Source: Octopus vulgaris (Eukaryota). From it: a DNA stretch of 64,000 bases. The translations under genes were made by a program, and so were the position numbers. The notes under the pieces were generated by a model, which did not search any database, was not told the origin of the DNA, and was given only the letters and a program-made list of their open reading frames with translations. The stretch is taken from the NCBI GenBank assembly GCA_951406725.2, contig OX597826.1, positions 12,028,001 to 12,092,000 on the forward strand, in the 5' to 3' direction. Of the stretch, positions 14,870-27,283 are shown in pieces (within the stretch, counting starts at the first letter, position 1; every line of letters begins with the position of its first letter).

Positions 14870-15240
14870 AGGCGAGTTGGAAGAAACGTTAGCACAGCGG
14901 GCGAAAAGCTTAGCGGTATTTCGTCTGTCTTTACGTTCTCAGTTCAAATTCCGCCGAGGTCGACTTTGCTTTTCATCCTTTCGGGGTCGATTAAATAAGT
15001 ACCAGTTACGCACTGGGGTCGATGTAATCGACTTAATCCGTTTGTCTGTCCTTGTTTGTCCTCTCTGTGTTTAGCCCCTTGTGGGTAGTAAAGAAATAGG
15101 TATTTGGTCAGTCGTTATGTTGAGTTCAAATTCCGCCGAGCTCGACTTCGCCTTTCATCCAGTTGCGTAATGGGAACGATCCAGTCGACTGGCCCCTTCT
15201 CCAAAAATTTCGGGCCTTGTGCTTAGAGCAGAAAAGAATA
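14870..15240 (+). mobile_element. SINE family B
   Basis: Same head and core, partial second unit. Confidence 0.9.
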
Positions 15241-15444
15241 TTTATGAGAGGTTCATGTTCAAAACAAGATGCATGTAAGGAGCTATTACATGGAAAATTA
15301 AGAATATAGATTCTTTACAAATATGTATGGCAAAGAGAGACACACAATTCATGCAGTAACAATCCTACCTTCTGTCCTTTTATATATATAGAAATATGAA
15401 ATTAATAAGGTATATATATATAATATGTTAATATGTGAATATGT

Positions 15445-15610
15445 AGAGGGGTGGCTGTGTATTAAGTAGCTTGCTTACCAACCACATGGTTTCGGGTTCC
15501 GCTTCACTGCGTGGCACCATAGGCAAGGCTCTTCTTCTATAGCCTTGGACCGACCAAAGCTTTGTGAGTGGAGTTGGTAGACGGAAACTGAAGGATGCCC
15601 ATCTTATATG

Positions 15611-15652
<42 letters not shown>

Positions 15653-15900
15653 TGTGTGTGCGTATGTGTGTGTGTGAGTGTACATGTTTGTGTGCCTGTG
15701 TTTGTCCCGCCAACATCGCTTGACAACCGATGCTCGCTTGTTTACGTCCCAATAACCTAGCGGTTCGGCCTAAGAGACCGATAGAATAAGTACTAGGCTT
15801 CCAAATTATAAGTCCTGGGGTCGATTTACTCGACTAAAGGTGGTGCTCCAGCATGGCAGCAGTCAAATGACTGAAACAAGTAAAAGAAAAGAAAAAGAAT
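15445..15900 (+). mobile_element. SINE family A, full length
   Basis: Head, internal microsatellite and tail present. Confidence 0.92.
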
Positions 15901-17190
15901 ATAACTAATATAATAAATGCGAAAACTAATTTCTGTGTATCAGTGTGTCACACTTTGACCCCTTCTCTCACTATTCCATGTCACTTCTAGTAATGCGCAT
16001 GTTGCGGGGAAATTAATGATAGGCATAGAGACGGTGGGGCGGTGGCGGAGAGACAGAGGGTAAAAGAGAGGGAGACAAAGAGAGACAAGATGGCAGTAAA
16101 CTAACACACTAAACGAACATTTAGCCTTTTCATGATGATAATGGGGTGATAGTAATGGTTTGAGCTGTATTTGTGATAGAGGCGGAGGCGGCGGTGATAA
16201 TGCTGATGGTGGTATCCGAGGCGGTCAGGGATGAAGGTGAGAATAAGTGATGTGAAAGACAGTGGTGATGGTGGTAGAGAGGAAGGCGGCAAAGTCAAAG
16301 GTATTGATGATGGTGGTGTCAGAAGTCTGAAATGTGGGTGAATGGCAGATGTGGTGGCGTTGGCGCTGGTACTATTGTTTGTCAAGCAGCTTTGCAATAA
16401 ATTCCTAGTCGACGAATCATATATGCAAATATCAGTGTGTCAGTGTGTCACACTTTTTAAACCTTATTCTCTCAGGCCGTTGCCCAACATATCATACCAT
16501 TTTGGAATCAGGCCGACTCGATGAGTAAATTAAAAACATTCCGGGCCGAATCCGGACACGCAATCCTGAAATTTTGGATTCCCGAATTTTCATTACGGGG
16601 GTACAAAAAGTAAAGAAAAATTAAGGGGAGATAAAGAAGCAAAGGGAGGTAAATCCCCTTACTTTACTTACTTTACCAAAATGCGTTTACACCACACCAG
16701 AACTAGTTTAGTTTGGAATTGAAAATCAATCGAGATAGTTGCACCCTACTTCTATTTACGTTTTATTTATTTTCTTAAAATCTAACAAATAGGGCGAGTA
16801 TGTTCTTGATATTTTTGCACCCAGGGCCGGACACCTCTGGAAGAGTTATTTAGTTGTTTTAAAGCTAATAAGTGAATATGCTTCAAGAGGAAACGGCTGC
16901 AATTTTACCGTACCTAGCTGCATTATATACATACGTACTAGACACATACACACACACACACAAACAAAAACACATACGCATACACACACACACAAACTAG
17001 CACACACAAACACACACATAGACAGACACACTCATATTCATGAGGAGATGACACATCGACAATATATTTCTCCATATCTCAAAAACGAAATAGTGTTGAA
17101 ACTATAGAAATCATTAGAAACCATCTCTTAATGCCTTTTTCTTGCTAGTAATATTAATGAATATAAAACGAATATGATATTTAATTTTTT

Positions 17191-17311
17191 TTATTTAAAA
17201 TATGTCTATAAATTTTTAATTATTTAAAATATGTCTATAAATTTTTAATTATTTAAAATATGTCTATAAATTTTTAATTATTTAAAATATGTCTATAAAT
17301 TTTTAATTATT
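17191..17311. repeat. 29-bp minisatellite x4
   Basis: TTATTTAAAATATGTCTATAAATTTTTAA at 17191, 17220, 17249 and 17278. Confidence 0.95.
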
Positions 17312-17349
17312 CGGTTATCACTTCATGATAGCGGCATCCCCCCTTTTTT

Positions 17350-17562
17350 TTTATTTACGAAATTTCTTTTAACTTTAGCAAAAGGGGCAAGGGTGATCTT
17401 GATATTTGACACCCTGGGCCGGATAACTCTGTGTTCTGTTTAGCTGCTTATATAAGCTGCAGGATATTCAGGTTCGTTAGAACATCGGTGAAATCTTTTG
17501 TGCTGCATAGTTATGTCAGCTTCTCTATTCAAATCTCACAGCGGTCAAAGAGACTGGCATAT
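17350..17562 (-). other. Nested orphan gene, non-coding 3' exon with poly(A) signal
   Basis: Acceptor ctttgtttacag ending at 17563; AATAAA at 17355-17350. Acceptor and AATAAA are kept at equivalent positions in the paralog (exon start 31776; signal 31584-31579). Confidence 0.6.
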
Positions 17563-17700
17563 CTGTAAACAAAGAAGGTAAAAGTTATGTAAAACCTGGG
17601 GGTATACGTAACATATCGATAAACATTTTATCAGATGAAATAGTTTATTGTGTGGTTTTAAAATTAGAAAAGAAAACCATGGAATCATGACCTACCTGAT

Positions 17701-17852
17701 CTAGCCAAGTTTTACGGACATGGTCACATGACCATTTACAGAATAAACGATGATCTGTACTACTTGATGCAAACCGGAACTGGCTTGCATGAAGATGTCG
17801 GATACAATAAGTGGAATACAAGGTGGGATCTCTTCGGTCTGGCTACCATCAT
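17701..17852 (-). CDS. Nested orphan gene, coding exon 4 (to stop)
   Basis: tacatag|AT...; DDGSQTEEIPPCIPLIVSDIFMQASSGLHQVVQIIVYSVNGHVTMSVKLG*, TAG at 17703-17701. Donor cag|gtaggt 5 nt after the stop (exon ends 17696). Confidence 0.7.
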
Positions 17853-18267
17853 CTATGTAGTAACAAATAAATAAAATGAATAAATAAATAAAGTAACAAA
17901 TAAATAAAAATTCATGTTATACCCTAAAAGAAACATGGAAAAGGGATTTTGAGAAAAGTATGTATGCATGAACATATGTATCGCAACGACAGTAAGTTAT
18001 CAATGCATAGATATATCCCGATCATTCACTACAAGCTGTAAGTTTGTTCTCAAATAGTACTTGGCGGTATTACATTCATGATTGAGTCGGCCATGCTATG
18101 GTAGTCGTGTTTTCGCTCAATAAACACACACAACGCCCGGTCTGGGAATCGAAACCGCGATCCTCTATGTCTAAGTACCATATTTAAATATTCAGAAAAT
18201 GCAAAACAATCGAGTAGGTAGTTTATAATATATAGTAAAAAAATGAGAAAATGCATTAATAACTTAC

Positions 18268-18327
18268 CAAACTCTGATGGTTCGTGAAATTCTTCATCAA
18301 AGGAATCGGTGTCGGTCGAGGGTAAGT
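18268..18327 (-). CDS. Nested orphan gene, coding exon 3 (60 nt)
   Basis: ttttcttttccag|AC...TTTG|gtaagt, phase 1-1. DLPSTDTDSFDEEFHEPSEF. Confidence 0.78.
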
Positions 18328-18494
18328 CTGGAAAAGAAAACAGACAATGGATAAAACTATTACTACAAACAAAAACAAAAAATACGAAAAGTAAAGATAA
18401 CTCAGACTCTCTTACCAACAAACGAAAATATATATTAATGCATAACAGAGTATATTAATTTGTTAACTGAAGTTTAAGAAGGTCGAATATTTAC

Positions 18495-18542
18495 CTGGAC
18501 AAGATGTTCGCTCAAACTGGTCGTAGTCAATGGGGGTAAAAT
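18495..18542 (-). CDS. Nested orphan gene, coding exon 2 (48 nt)
   Basis: tttcag|AT...CCAG|gtaaat, phase 1-1. DFTPIDYDQFERTSCP. The paralogous exon at 33729-33776 differs by several synonymous changes in this frame. Confidence 0.8.
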
Positions 18543-18944
18543 CTGAAACCAACACAAATATAATTATAGAAATCGTACATGTATGTGTGAGTGAAGTTGA
18601 TGAAGTTTGAGGGCGATTTTGGTTGCTATATCTAGCAAGTGTAGCCCCGCTCAAATTTTTTATGTAGGTATATATGCATGTATGAACCGGCGATATGTTG
18701 GAAAATCTTGTTAAATAACTTGTTTAAGTTTGACTACATAGAAATCTGAATAACTCGTTTAAGTTTGACTACATAGAAATAGCAGCTAAATCTCATAAAG
18801 AGAAATAGAGAAACTGAGAGATGTGTGAGATTGATAAATACATAATCAGATAGATAGAAAAATAGGTAGATGTAGAGAGACGTTAAACAATGCAAAGCTC
18901 ATTTGTTTTATGCATATATTTTAAACAATTTTAGCAAAACTCAC

Positions 18945-19173
18945 CCCCAATACGAGGAATTATAGCAGATTGATTGAGATTTCTCGGGAAATCTTCTTCT
19001 GTAGTTGTCATCAAGGAGATGTCTGATGATAACGGTGAAGAAAAATCTGTGTCATCTTCCAAAGGGTCTTCAAGTTTCGGTCGTCGTACGCAGGGTATTA
19101 ATCTTGAGAAAAAGTTTCGAGCTCCTTTACGAAGTCGTTTACGGAAGCCCGGGCGGTGTAGAACGTCGGACAT
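18945..19173 (-). CDS. Nested antisense orphan gene, coding exon 1
   Basis: Acceptor ttttaatag ending at 19184, ATG at 19173, donor GGGG|gtgagt (phase 1). MSDVLHRPGFRKRLRKGARNFFSRLIPCVRRPKLED...IPRIG. Confidence 0.75.
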
Positions 19174-19250
19174 TTGGTTATATCTATTAAAACAAACAAG
19201 CTATTAGCAAATATATTAACGCAAGTCAATGGATTGTAATAGTAACCTAC

Positions 19251-19320
19251 AAGAAGTTAACTGTTAGCAATGGCCAAAGTATCGCAAATGAATGAGGGAA
19301 AATATCGCGTTTTTCTGACT
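19251..19320 (-). other. Putative 5' UTR exon of the nested gene (start approximate)
   Basis: Donor gtaggt at 19250, 67-nt intron with TGCTAAT branch-like motif, acceptor ending at 19184. Confidence 0.45.
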
Positions 19321-19325
19321 TCAGT

Positions 19326-19341
19326 ATTATGACGTCATAAT
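19326..19341. promoter_or_regulatory. Perfect 16-bp palindrome ATTATGACGTCATAAT containing a full CRE (TGACGTCA)
   Basis: Read directly; lies just upstream of the putative first exon of the nested gene. Confidence 0.55.
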
Positions 19342-19541
19342 TGTGATTTAACCGTTCAAAATTACGTTTTATATTTCAATTAATTTATTACTTAACAATA
19401 AGCAGATACAGAAAGCTAAAACACATTCAAACACAGTTACACACACAAACATACAGACGGATAGAATACAATCGTTGATGCATATATATATATACATTCG
19501 ACGTTGCGCACATAAAATTTCATACATACAAAATTTTCAGC

Positions 19542-19625
<84 letters not shown>

Positions 19626-19795
19626 CCTATCTATCTATCTATCTATCTATCTGCTTGTGTGTGTGTAAGTCTGCGTGTGTGTGAATTTTGGGGGGTTGCT
19701 TCAGTATTATATTAACATAAACAAATTAGAATTGGAGTCAGGTGTATTTGGTTATGACATATAGTTCTTCATGAATTGTATACTCGTATCTACAT

Positions 19796-19830
<35 letters not shown>

Positions 19831-20052
19831 ACTTTAGGAAGAAATGGTTTTTGTATAAAAAAGATGAATTTGATAAGAAGATGGTATATTTCTATTTCCT
19901 TTTGGTTCAGCTACTGTCCGGATATGTCGTTGGTTTATATATATTAAGATAATGTGCGATTTGAGAGATATACATTTGTTATTTCCCATCAGGTACAGCT
20001 ACTATTAAGTGGAGCATATGTTTCTGCATACCTACCTACTTACCTACATATA

Positions 20053-20083
<31 letters not shown>

Positions 20084-20379
20084 GTACATATATACATACA
20101 TACACAAATACATACATACATACATATATATACATGCATACATACATACATACATACATACTCACACACATACATATATACATACATATACACACATACA
20201 TACACACATCCATCCATCCATCCATCCATCCATCCATCCATACATACATACATACATACATACATACATACATACATGGTGGCTGCCCCTCGTTATCGAG
20301 TATGGCCATTGCACGAAGCTCAATCAGTGTTGTTATCGTGCAATGCCTGTGCAAGAAGATTTTTTTTTAAAGTGAGGAA

Positions 20380-20805
20380 AGGCTTTGCACTGAGTCAATC
20401 CCACTTACTAAGCAACAACAGCTATAATCCGAAAAGAAGAACAAGTCAACATCATCGGTAACCACTGAGCCGCAGGTTTTATGTCGGAGTTATCCCAGTT
20501 ACCTGAGTTACCTTCTCCTAGAAGGATGCCCTAACAAAGGCTAGGAGTCCATCACCCCCAATGATTTAACCGCGCGATCGGGTATTCAGTCCGATTATTT
20601 TTATGTTCCCGCGCATGATACAGCCTTAAGACGTTTATTGGATGGCCGTTGACTCTCAAGAGTACCTCCGCCCTTTGACGGGTTTTCTTTTTCGTCCCAC
20701 AGGGAGTCCAATAAACACCCTCCTCACCAAGCAAGCTTGGTGGGGTTGCCGGTTTAGTCACCGACGACCCGACCATGCAACAGGTTGTACTGGGTTACAT
20801 GTTAC
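20380..20805 (-). mobile_element. Probable RTE LINE 5' region fragment
   Basis: GC-richer insert in (ATAC)n containing CTCCTAGCCTT...CTAGGAGAAGGTAACT, recalled from RTE 5' ends (not verified). Confidence 0.4.
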
Positions 20806-21650
20806 TAGTAGCATACATACATATATACATACATACATATATACATACATACATATATACATACATACATATATATATATACATACATACATACATATAT
20901 ACATACATACATACATACGCAAAAGAACAGGTTGTAGTTTCTGGGAGATTTGTCTGCAATTTCATTCGGATCTAGCGGCAATGTTACTATCTCTTCGGCA
21001 TATATGTCTGTGTGTGTGTGTGTGTGTGTATGTGTGTGTGTATGCGTGTGTATGTGGGTTTGTCTGTTTGCACTTACATACACACACACACATACGTGCG
21101 CACACATACAAGTGTGTGTGTCTGCCTTATGTGTGTGTGTGTGTGTGTGCCTGATGTGTGTGTGTGTGTGTGTTTGCAAATGCTTTTGCGACCTGCTAAT
21201 CTCGAATATCTTGCACAATTTGACGGTCGTTTGGAGCTGAAATTCTTCGTTTAAGAGTGTTCTTCCTAGTTTTGTTAATCTAAATACTTCATAAATTAAA
21301 GGCAGAAATCTAAATGTATCGTCTAGATGGAGTAACAGCACATTTCTCATTAGTTCATCAGAGATAATTTAATCTTACTAATTTTTGAAATAGTTGTGAC
21401 ATACGTTGGGAAAAAGGCTTCAAGCAACACGTACGATTACCTTTCCCGTCCTCAGATCATCAGATCTGTTTTACTTTACTTGTATTTTATTGAAGTATTT
21501 ATAGGAACATTCAACATCATGGATGGCCATTCACTCCTCATCACTATACCTTTTATATAGACTTCCTCAGGATTATCCTTTCTATTTATTACGTGGGGTC
21601 ATTTTCTATTCCCGACGTTATCCTTCATATGTAGGTAATATCTTGATAGC

Positions 21651-21915
21651 GGAGGCGCGTGGCTTAGTGGTTAGGATGTCAGCATCATGATCGTAAGATT
21701 ATGGCTTCGATTCCTGGACCGGGCGACGCGTTGTGTTCTTGAACAAAACACTTCATTTCACGTTGCTCCAGTCCACTCAGCTGGCAAAAGTGAGTAACGC
21801 TGCGATGGACTGGCGTGCCGTCCAGCTGGGGAGCACATACGCCAGAGAAACCGGGAAACCGGGCCCATGAATCTGGCTAGGCTTTAAAACGGCGTATTTA
21901 TTTATTTATTTATTT
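21651..21915 (+). mobile_element. tRNA-derived SINE family C (V/Meta-domain-like)
   Basis: A-box TGGCTTAGTGG, B-box TTCGATTCC, core CTGCGATGGACTGGCG..CGTCCAG, (ATTT)n tail. Confidence 0.82.
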
Positions 21916-22429
21916 ATACCTTGATTACATTTTCGAGCAAACATTTCGGATAAGGCTGACATCCTGAATGATAATTCCACAGACTCGGTAAAGGCTCTTG
22001 TATCAAAGTGGTTTATCCGCATTTCTTTCACATTTGTGTGTTAGGTATTTTGTTGTCATTTCCTGCCTTTGTATTGTAAACGCATATCTTTGTCCGTCGT
22101 AAACAGACTTCTCAAGCTATGAATATTGCTGTCACTTTGAAGCCGTTCGGAAATAGAGGCGAACATGAACTTTTGCTAATACAACTATTTCAATGATTAT
22201 TGATCGAATTTTAGACCTAAAATAATTTTGCTGATACATACTTTGTTCATTGAGAGGAAATTGACGCAAGTAAAATTAGAACTGCAAGAAGGGGGGAAAA
22301 ATAGGGTAACCCTTTGTAAGATTGTGAATGGGATTAAATGAAATAGAAGCAGCAATTGCTCAGTAACTGAAATAACATTCAAGGCCATTACACATACTTA
22401 GAATAGATAATGTTATTATTTGTAACGGT

Positions 22430-23030
22430 GATAGTGTGGATCTTACAGCGTTGTGGCAAATGTGTATTAAGATTGTACACGATGATCACCATTGTGGTGG
22501 AATGGAAACTCCCATTTGTTTACGATTGGAAGCCTGGTGGGCGGAAAATTGTCATGGTGTTGATTATGTTAGAAGTTGTCCCAAGTGTTGTCAGCTTAAA
22601 CCTGTAGAGTTGGCCAGCTGGAGTTGAAGGCTTGATTACATGTATATATGAATCATATTTCTGTACAAAATGTTAGTTGGTGCTATTTTTCTAGGTGGTC
22701 AGAAGTGGTGAGAATAACTTATAAACCTGCTGAAACTGACACATGTTTGGAGGATACTGTTCACAAGGAATGAATTTCCACATATATTTGATTCTGACAA
22801 TACAGCTGAATTCTGGGACGAGAAATTGTTACAACGGCTAGAAAAGTTAGGTTGTAAAACTCTTAAAAGATCGCCATATTCTCAGTCTCCTAATGGTCTT
22901 GATGAATGAATAGTACAGAGAGTAAACATTTTCTAAAATGTTCGGATCATTTGATGCTTCTTTGTCACGGTTTCGCCTTAGTTACAAATGCAAACTCCAT
23001 CCTGCTAGAAAGGAAACTTCTTCAGCGTTG
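22430..23030 (+). mobile_element. Degenerate LTR-retrotransposon (Gypsy-like) integrase fragment
   Basis: HDDHHCG...WW...YVRSCPKC (H2C2 zinc finger) and SPYSQSPNGLDE (HPQSNGLAER-like). Confidence 0.7.
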
Positions 23031-23109
23031 ATCTGATGCCTGATACGGACACCATTGACCATGCCATATGCTGTCGGGTCACAGTGCTAGTTTATGCATA
23101 TACAGCTGT

Positions 23110-23417
23110 GTGCGTGCGCACATACACGCGAGTACTGTCCAAATCTCTGACCAATCACATACAGCTAGCTAACATTCAATTGGCGTATCAAGTTTCGAGC
23201 ATTTTGATTGGGTTTTGGATAGAAAATTCACAAAAATGTCACTTCTATTCATTTTTTAATGGCTTTGTTGGGCGACTGCGGAAATGTAAAGATGTGCACG
23301 ACCACCCTTGGACGGTTTTGATTAACCATAGAAAGTGCGAGCCCTCTAACTGAAAAATTGTGGATTTGTATAAAGGGCACACACAGACAGACATTTTGCT
23401 GTTTATATATATATAGA
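23110..23417 (-). mobile_element. Non-autonomous Helitron-like 5' end
   Basis: Minus strand begins TCTATATATATAAACAGCAAAATGTCTGTCTGTGTGTG. Confidence 0.4.
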
Positions 23418-23889
23418 AATGGCAGAAATACATAACTGATTGTGAAGTATGACTTCTATTACACAATGACCAAATAAGGAAATGTACTGAGTAACATGAA
23501 CAAAGTAGCGGACAAAAATCTGCATTGATGTTGGAAGATGTTCCGAAACTTCACAAAGTGCGAAGTAGAGTACAATAATCTATAACAGTGTTAGAAGTTT
23601 GTAGACCAAGCAATTAAATATCTGATGCCAGTGGAAGACCAGTAAATGATTTAAGAAGTCAAGCAGTAAACAAGCGGCTTCTTCCTAAACGATACGGAAA
23701 TGATAAAAGATAGAAGTACTTGGCCAATGAAAACAACCAGGGACGGTCGCTTATGATTATAATCATTAGATGGAGTGCTTTCAGCTTTGAATAGAACGAC
23801 ACGTATGAGACCGTTATTAAATGCCGCCATGACACAATGAGCTTTCTACAAATAGGAATAAATGGCATATTCAATTTTACCAATTCTTC

Positions 23890-24055
23890 AGGCGTACGAG
23901 TGGCTGTGTGGTAAGTAGCTTGCTTACTAACCACATGGTTCCGGGTTCAGTCCCACTGCGTGGCACCTGGGGCAAGTGTCTTCTACTATAGCCTCGGGCC
24001 GACCAAAGCCTTGTGAGTGGATTTGGTAGACGTAAACTGAAAGAAGCCCGTCGTA

Positions 24056-24110
<55 letters not shown>

Positions 24111-24330
24111 TTGTGTGTGTATACGTTTGTGTGACTGTGTTTGTCCCCCCAACACCGCTTGACAACCGATGCTGGTGTGTTTACGTCCCCGTAACTTAGC
24201 GGTTGGGCAAAAGAGACCGATAGAATAAGAGCCTGACTTCCAAAGAATAAGTCCTGGGGTCGATTTGCTCGAATAATGGCGGTGCTCCAGCATGGCCACT
24301 GTCGAATGACTGAAACAAGTAAAAGAGTTA
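23890..24330 (+). mobile_element. SINE family A, full length
   Basis: Head, internal microsatellite and tail present. Confidence 0.93.
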
Positions 24331-25871
24331 GCTGTCAGCTAAACACTCAACATCTTCATTAAGAGTATAAATAGATTGTTTACGCGGTTTCCCTACCAGC
24401 TAGATGGAGCAGCGAAATCTCATCCGAATCACGGCCAAATATCTTCCAAGAAATAGAAGCACTCATTGGATACCGTAATCCTTCTTATACAATGTGTAAA
24501 CAGAGGATGCAATGGTCTTGATAGAAATTCATTTTATCTACGTTTCGTCTTGAGGTAAGTTGATCCTGATCAAAATAAAATACTTAGTTCAGGCAGTAAT
24601 GTTTGCTCGTTCGGATTAAATCCGTCTATTCAAGTTCTTTAGCAACTAGAACATAACTTCATTAAGCGAGCTGCTTTCTACTTCTATCGGAATACTTACA
24701 ATTCTTTTGAATAACGTTCGGTATTTCCTGGGACTTTTAAAGCTTAAATTAACACATCACATCTAAAACATCTGTTTACTGAGAGACTACTAAAGTGTGT
24801 GCTGTTAGGGTATTATCCGTCAGAAAATTGTAAATCATTTATCATTTATTTACATATCTGAGATTTTGATCTTAGTCTCTGTGAGTTAATGATATCCCTA
24901 CCGAAGCAGATTTGGCATCCACATCGCAGTCAATATCAAGAAATATAGTGTAAAAGAATGAGAAAAGTAAATAAGGCATTAACGCAGATTCTGGGTGTTT
25001 AATAGGCGATGCTTCAACTGTTAAGCAACATTTTCAATAGACTTTATCAAACATAATACTTTGTTGCGATTTATGGGCAAGCAGCTCAGAGTATATCCAA
25101 ACATATTCATGAAATTACAGCATAACTACTGTCATCGATCTAGATAAATCGTTCTTTTATTGGGAAATTGACTAAAAAAAGGGGATCTTATGTTGAACAA
25201 ATGCTCAACTTCTAAATGATGCGATTAAGTTACAACTTTGTTGTCTTCTATTTCGAAACTGTTTGTATGTGGTTTAAACCAGGTTCAGCTCATTGATGTA
25301 GATATATCTCATTACTCTGTGTTCTGTGTTACCTGTATTATGGTTATATGATTAAGCAGTTCGCTTGAAAATCACGGGTGCTCGAGTTTTATCCCTCTAT
25401 ATGGCATACTTGGTAATGTATCATTTAGTTAAGCCACGTGATTGAATCTGAGAAGAGGGAAACGCGTGGCTGTTCAACTTCAGGTTTAGATATGGGTATA
25501 CAATATATGAAGGACTTAGAAGTGGCTTTACACAGTTCAGACGTGAAAGTAATTTTATCATGATATGGACAACTTAATCTATACACACATACATACATAC
25601 ACATATACAAACCAAGGGTTGGTAATTTAATCACTAATCCTGTGTAGAGATAGAGGTTTCAATCTCTGTCTGCAGCTATTTTTAATGGCCACAGCTCGTG
25701 AGCTGAAACTAGATGAAATGAAATACACATTCACGCACAACATATGAACTCAAGTATATTTGAGTGCACCTTTATCTCTCTCCTATTTTTCTCTCTCTTT
25801 CTCATTGAATATTAAGACAAACAGATAGAAACTCCCTTGCCTTGAGAAATAAGCATTTCCCGGATAGCTAT

Positions 25872-26102
25872 ATTCTTTTATTCTTTTATTTGTTTCAGTC
25901 ATTTGACTGCGGCCATGCTGGAGCACCTTTAGCCGAGCAAATCGACCGCAGAGCTTATTCTTTGTAAGCCTAGTACTTATTCTATCGGTCTCTTGCCGAA
26001 CCGCTAGGTTATGGGGACGGAAACACATCAGCATCGGTTGTCAAGCGATGTTGAGGGGACAAACACAGACAAGTAAACATATACATACGCATACATACAC
26101 AT

Positions 26103-26159
<57 letters not shown>

Positions 26160-26377
26160 AATAAATATATATATACATAAATATATATATATACACACAC
26201 AAATATATATATACGACAGGCTTCTTCCAGATTCCGTCTACCAAATCCACTCACAAGGCATTAGTTGATCCGATGCTATAATAGAAGACATGTGCCCAAG
26301 TTGCCACGCAGTGGGACTGAACCCAGGATCATGTGGTTGGTAAGCAAGCTACTTACCACACAGCCACTCCTGCGCCT
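25872..26377 (-). mobile_element. SINE family A, full length
   Basis: Reverse complement of 23890-24330. Confidence 0.93.
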
Positions 26378-27194
26378 GGCGTTCCTGAAGAACAGCCACA
26401 TAGAAAGCTATAATGATCCACAAGATTTGCTAAAACTTTAAGCGGATATCGCTGCGCAATGAGAGTCACATACGGCGAAGTCAGGAAATCCATGCGTGTA
26501 AAAAAAATGTAAATTTTCTGCCAGGTTTTTAGGTTGTCCTCTTATTATTTTTGTGTAGTCTTTACCATCAGCTACTCTCGATGACTCGAGAGAGAATGTA
26601 TTGTCTATGCTGCGGGAAACTCACTGCAAAATCTGATGAAGTCAATCGTAAAATATATGTTTGCTTGTCAATGTCCCGAGACCGTACTGTAAACAACATG
26701 CAAAAGAAGATTCTATAACTGTGCCTCAAGGACGACTCGGGAGACTGTTGCCAGGCGGGTTGACCCTCAGAGATGTAGCCAGCCACGACTCCCAGTCAAG
26801 CTTCCTTCGACGGCATACGATCGACTGATAATTGCTTGATAATTGCTATGATTCACCATCACTTATTTCCAAAGTAAATAGAAGTTTGACCTGACGTTAC
26901 CGAGCAGTCGATGTTCTGGTAACTGGATCGCTGCAGAGTACGGACTCTAGTACGGATCACTTATTGGTGTACTGCACGACAAAACTCTAACCTAAAGACA
27001 TGCGATCTATGACCTTATTTTCAAGCGAAGAACTGCTATTATTATGAGAAGACGACTAGAGAAATCAGACAAACTCACGTTGTGAAGGGAACCATCCCTG
27101 CCAACTACGCCGAAAGTTTCACGTGTGAAAGTGAATTCTCACAGGGACAAAATCCATAGTACACCGGAAGCACATGTTAAAAGCAGTGCCAGGC

Positions 27195-27283
<89 letters not shown>

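Noticed and set aside
17191-17311. CRISPR-like array
   Set aside because: Head-to-tail repeats without spacers, in eukaryotic DNA.
17695-17874. Stop-free + strand frame over nested exon 4
   Set aside because: No supporting + strand splice sites; the minus-strand splice sites are conserved in both paralogs.
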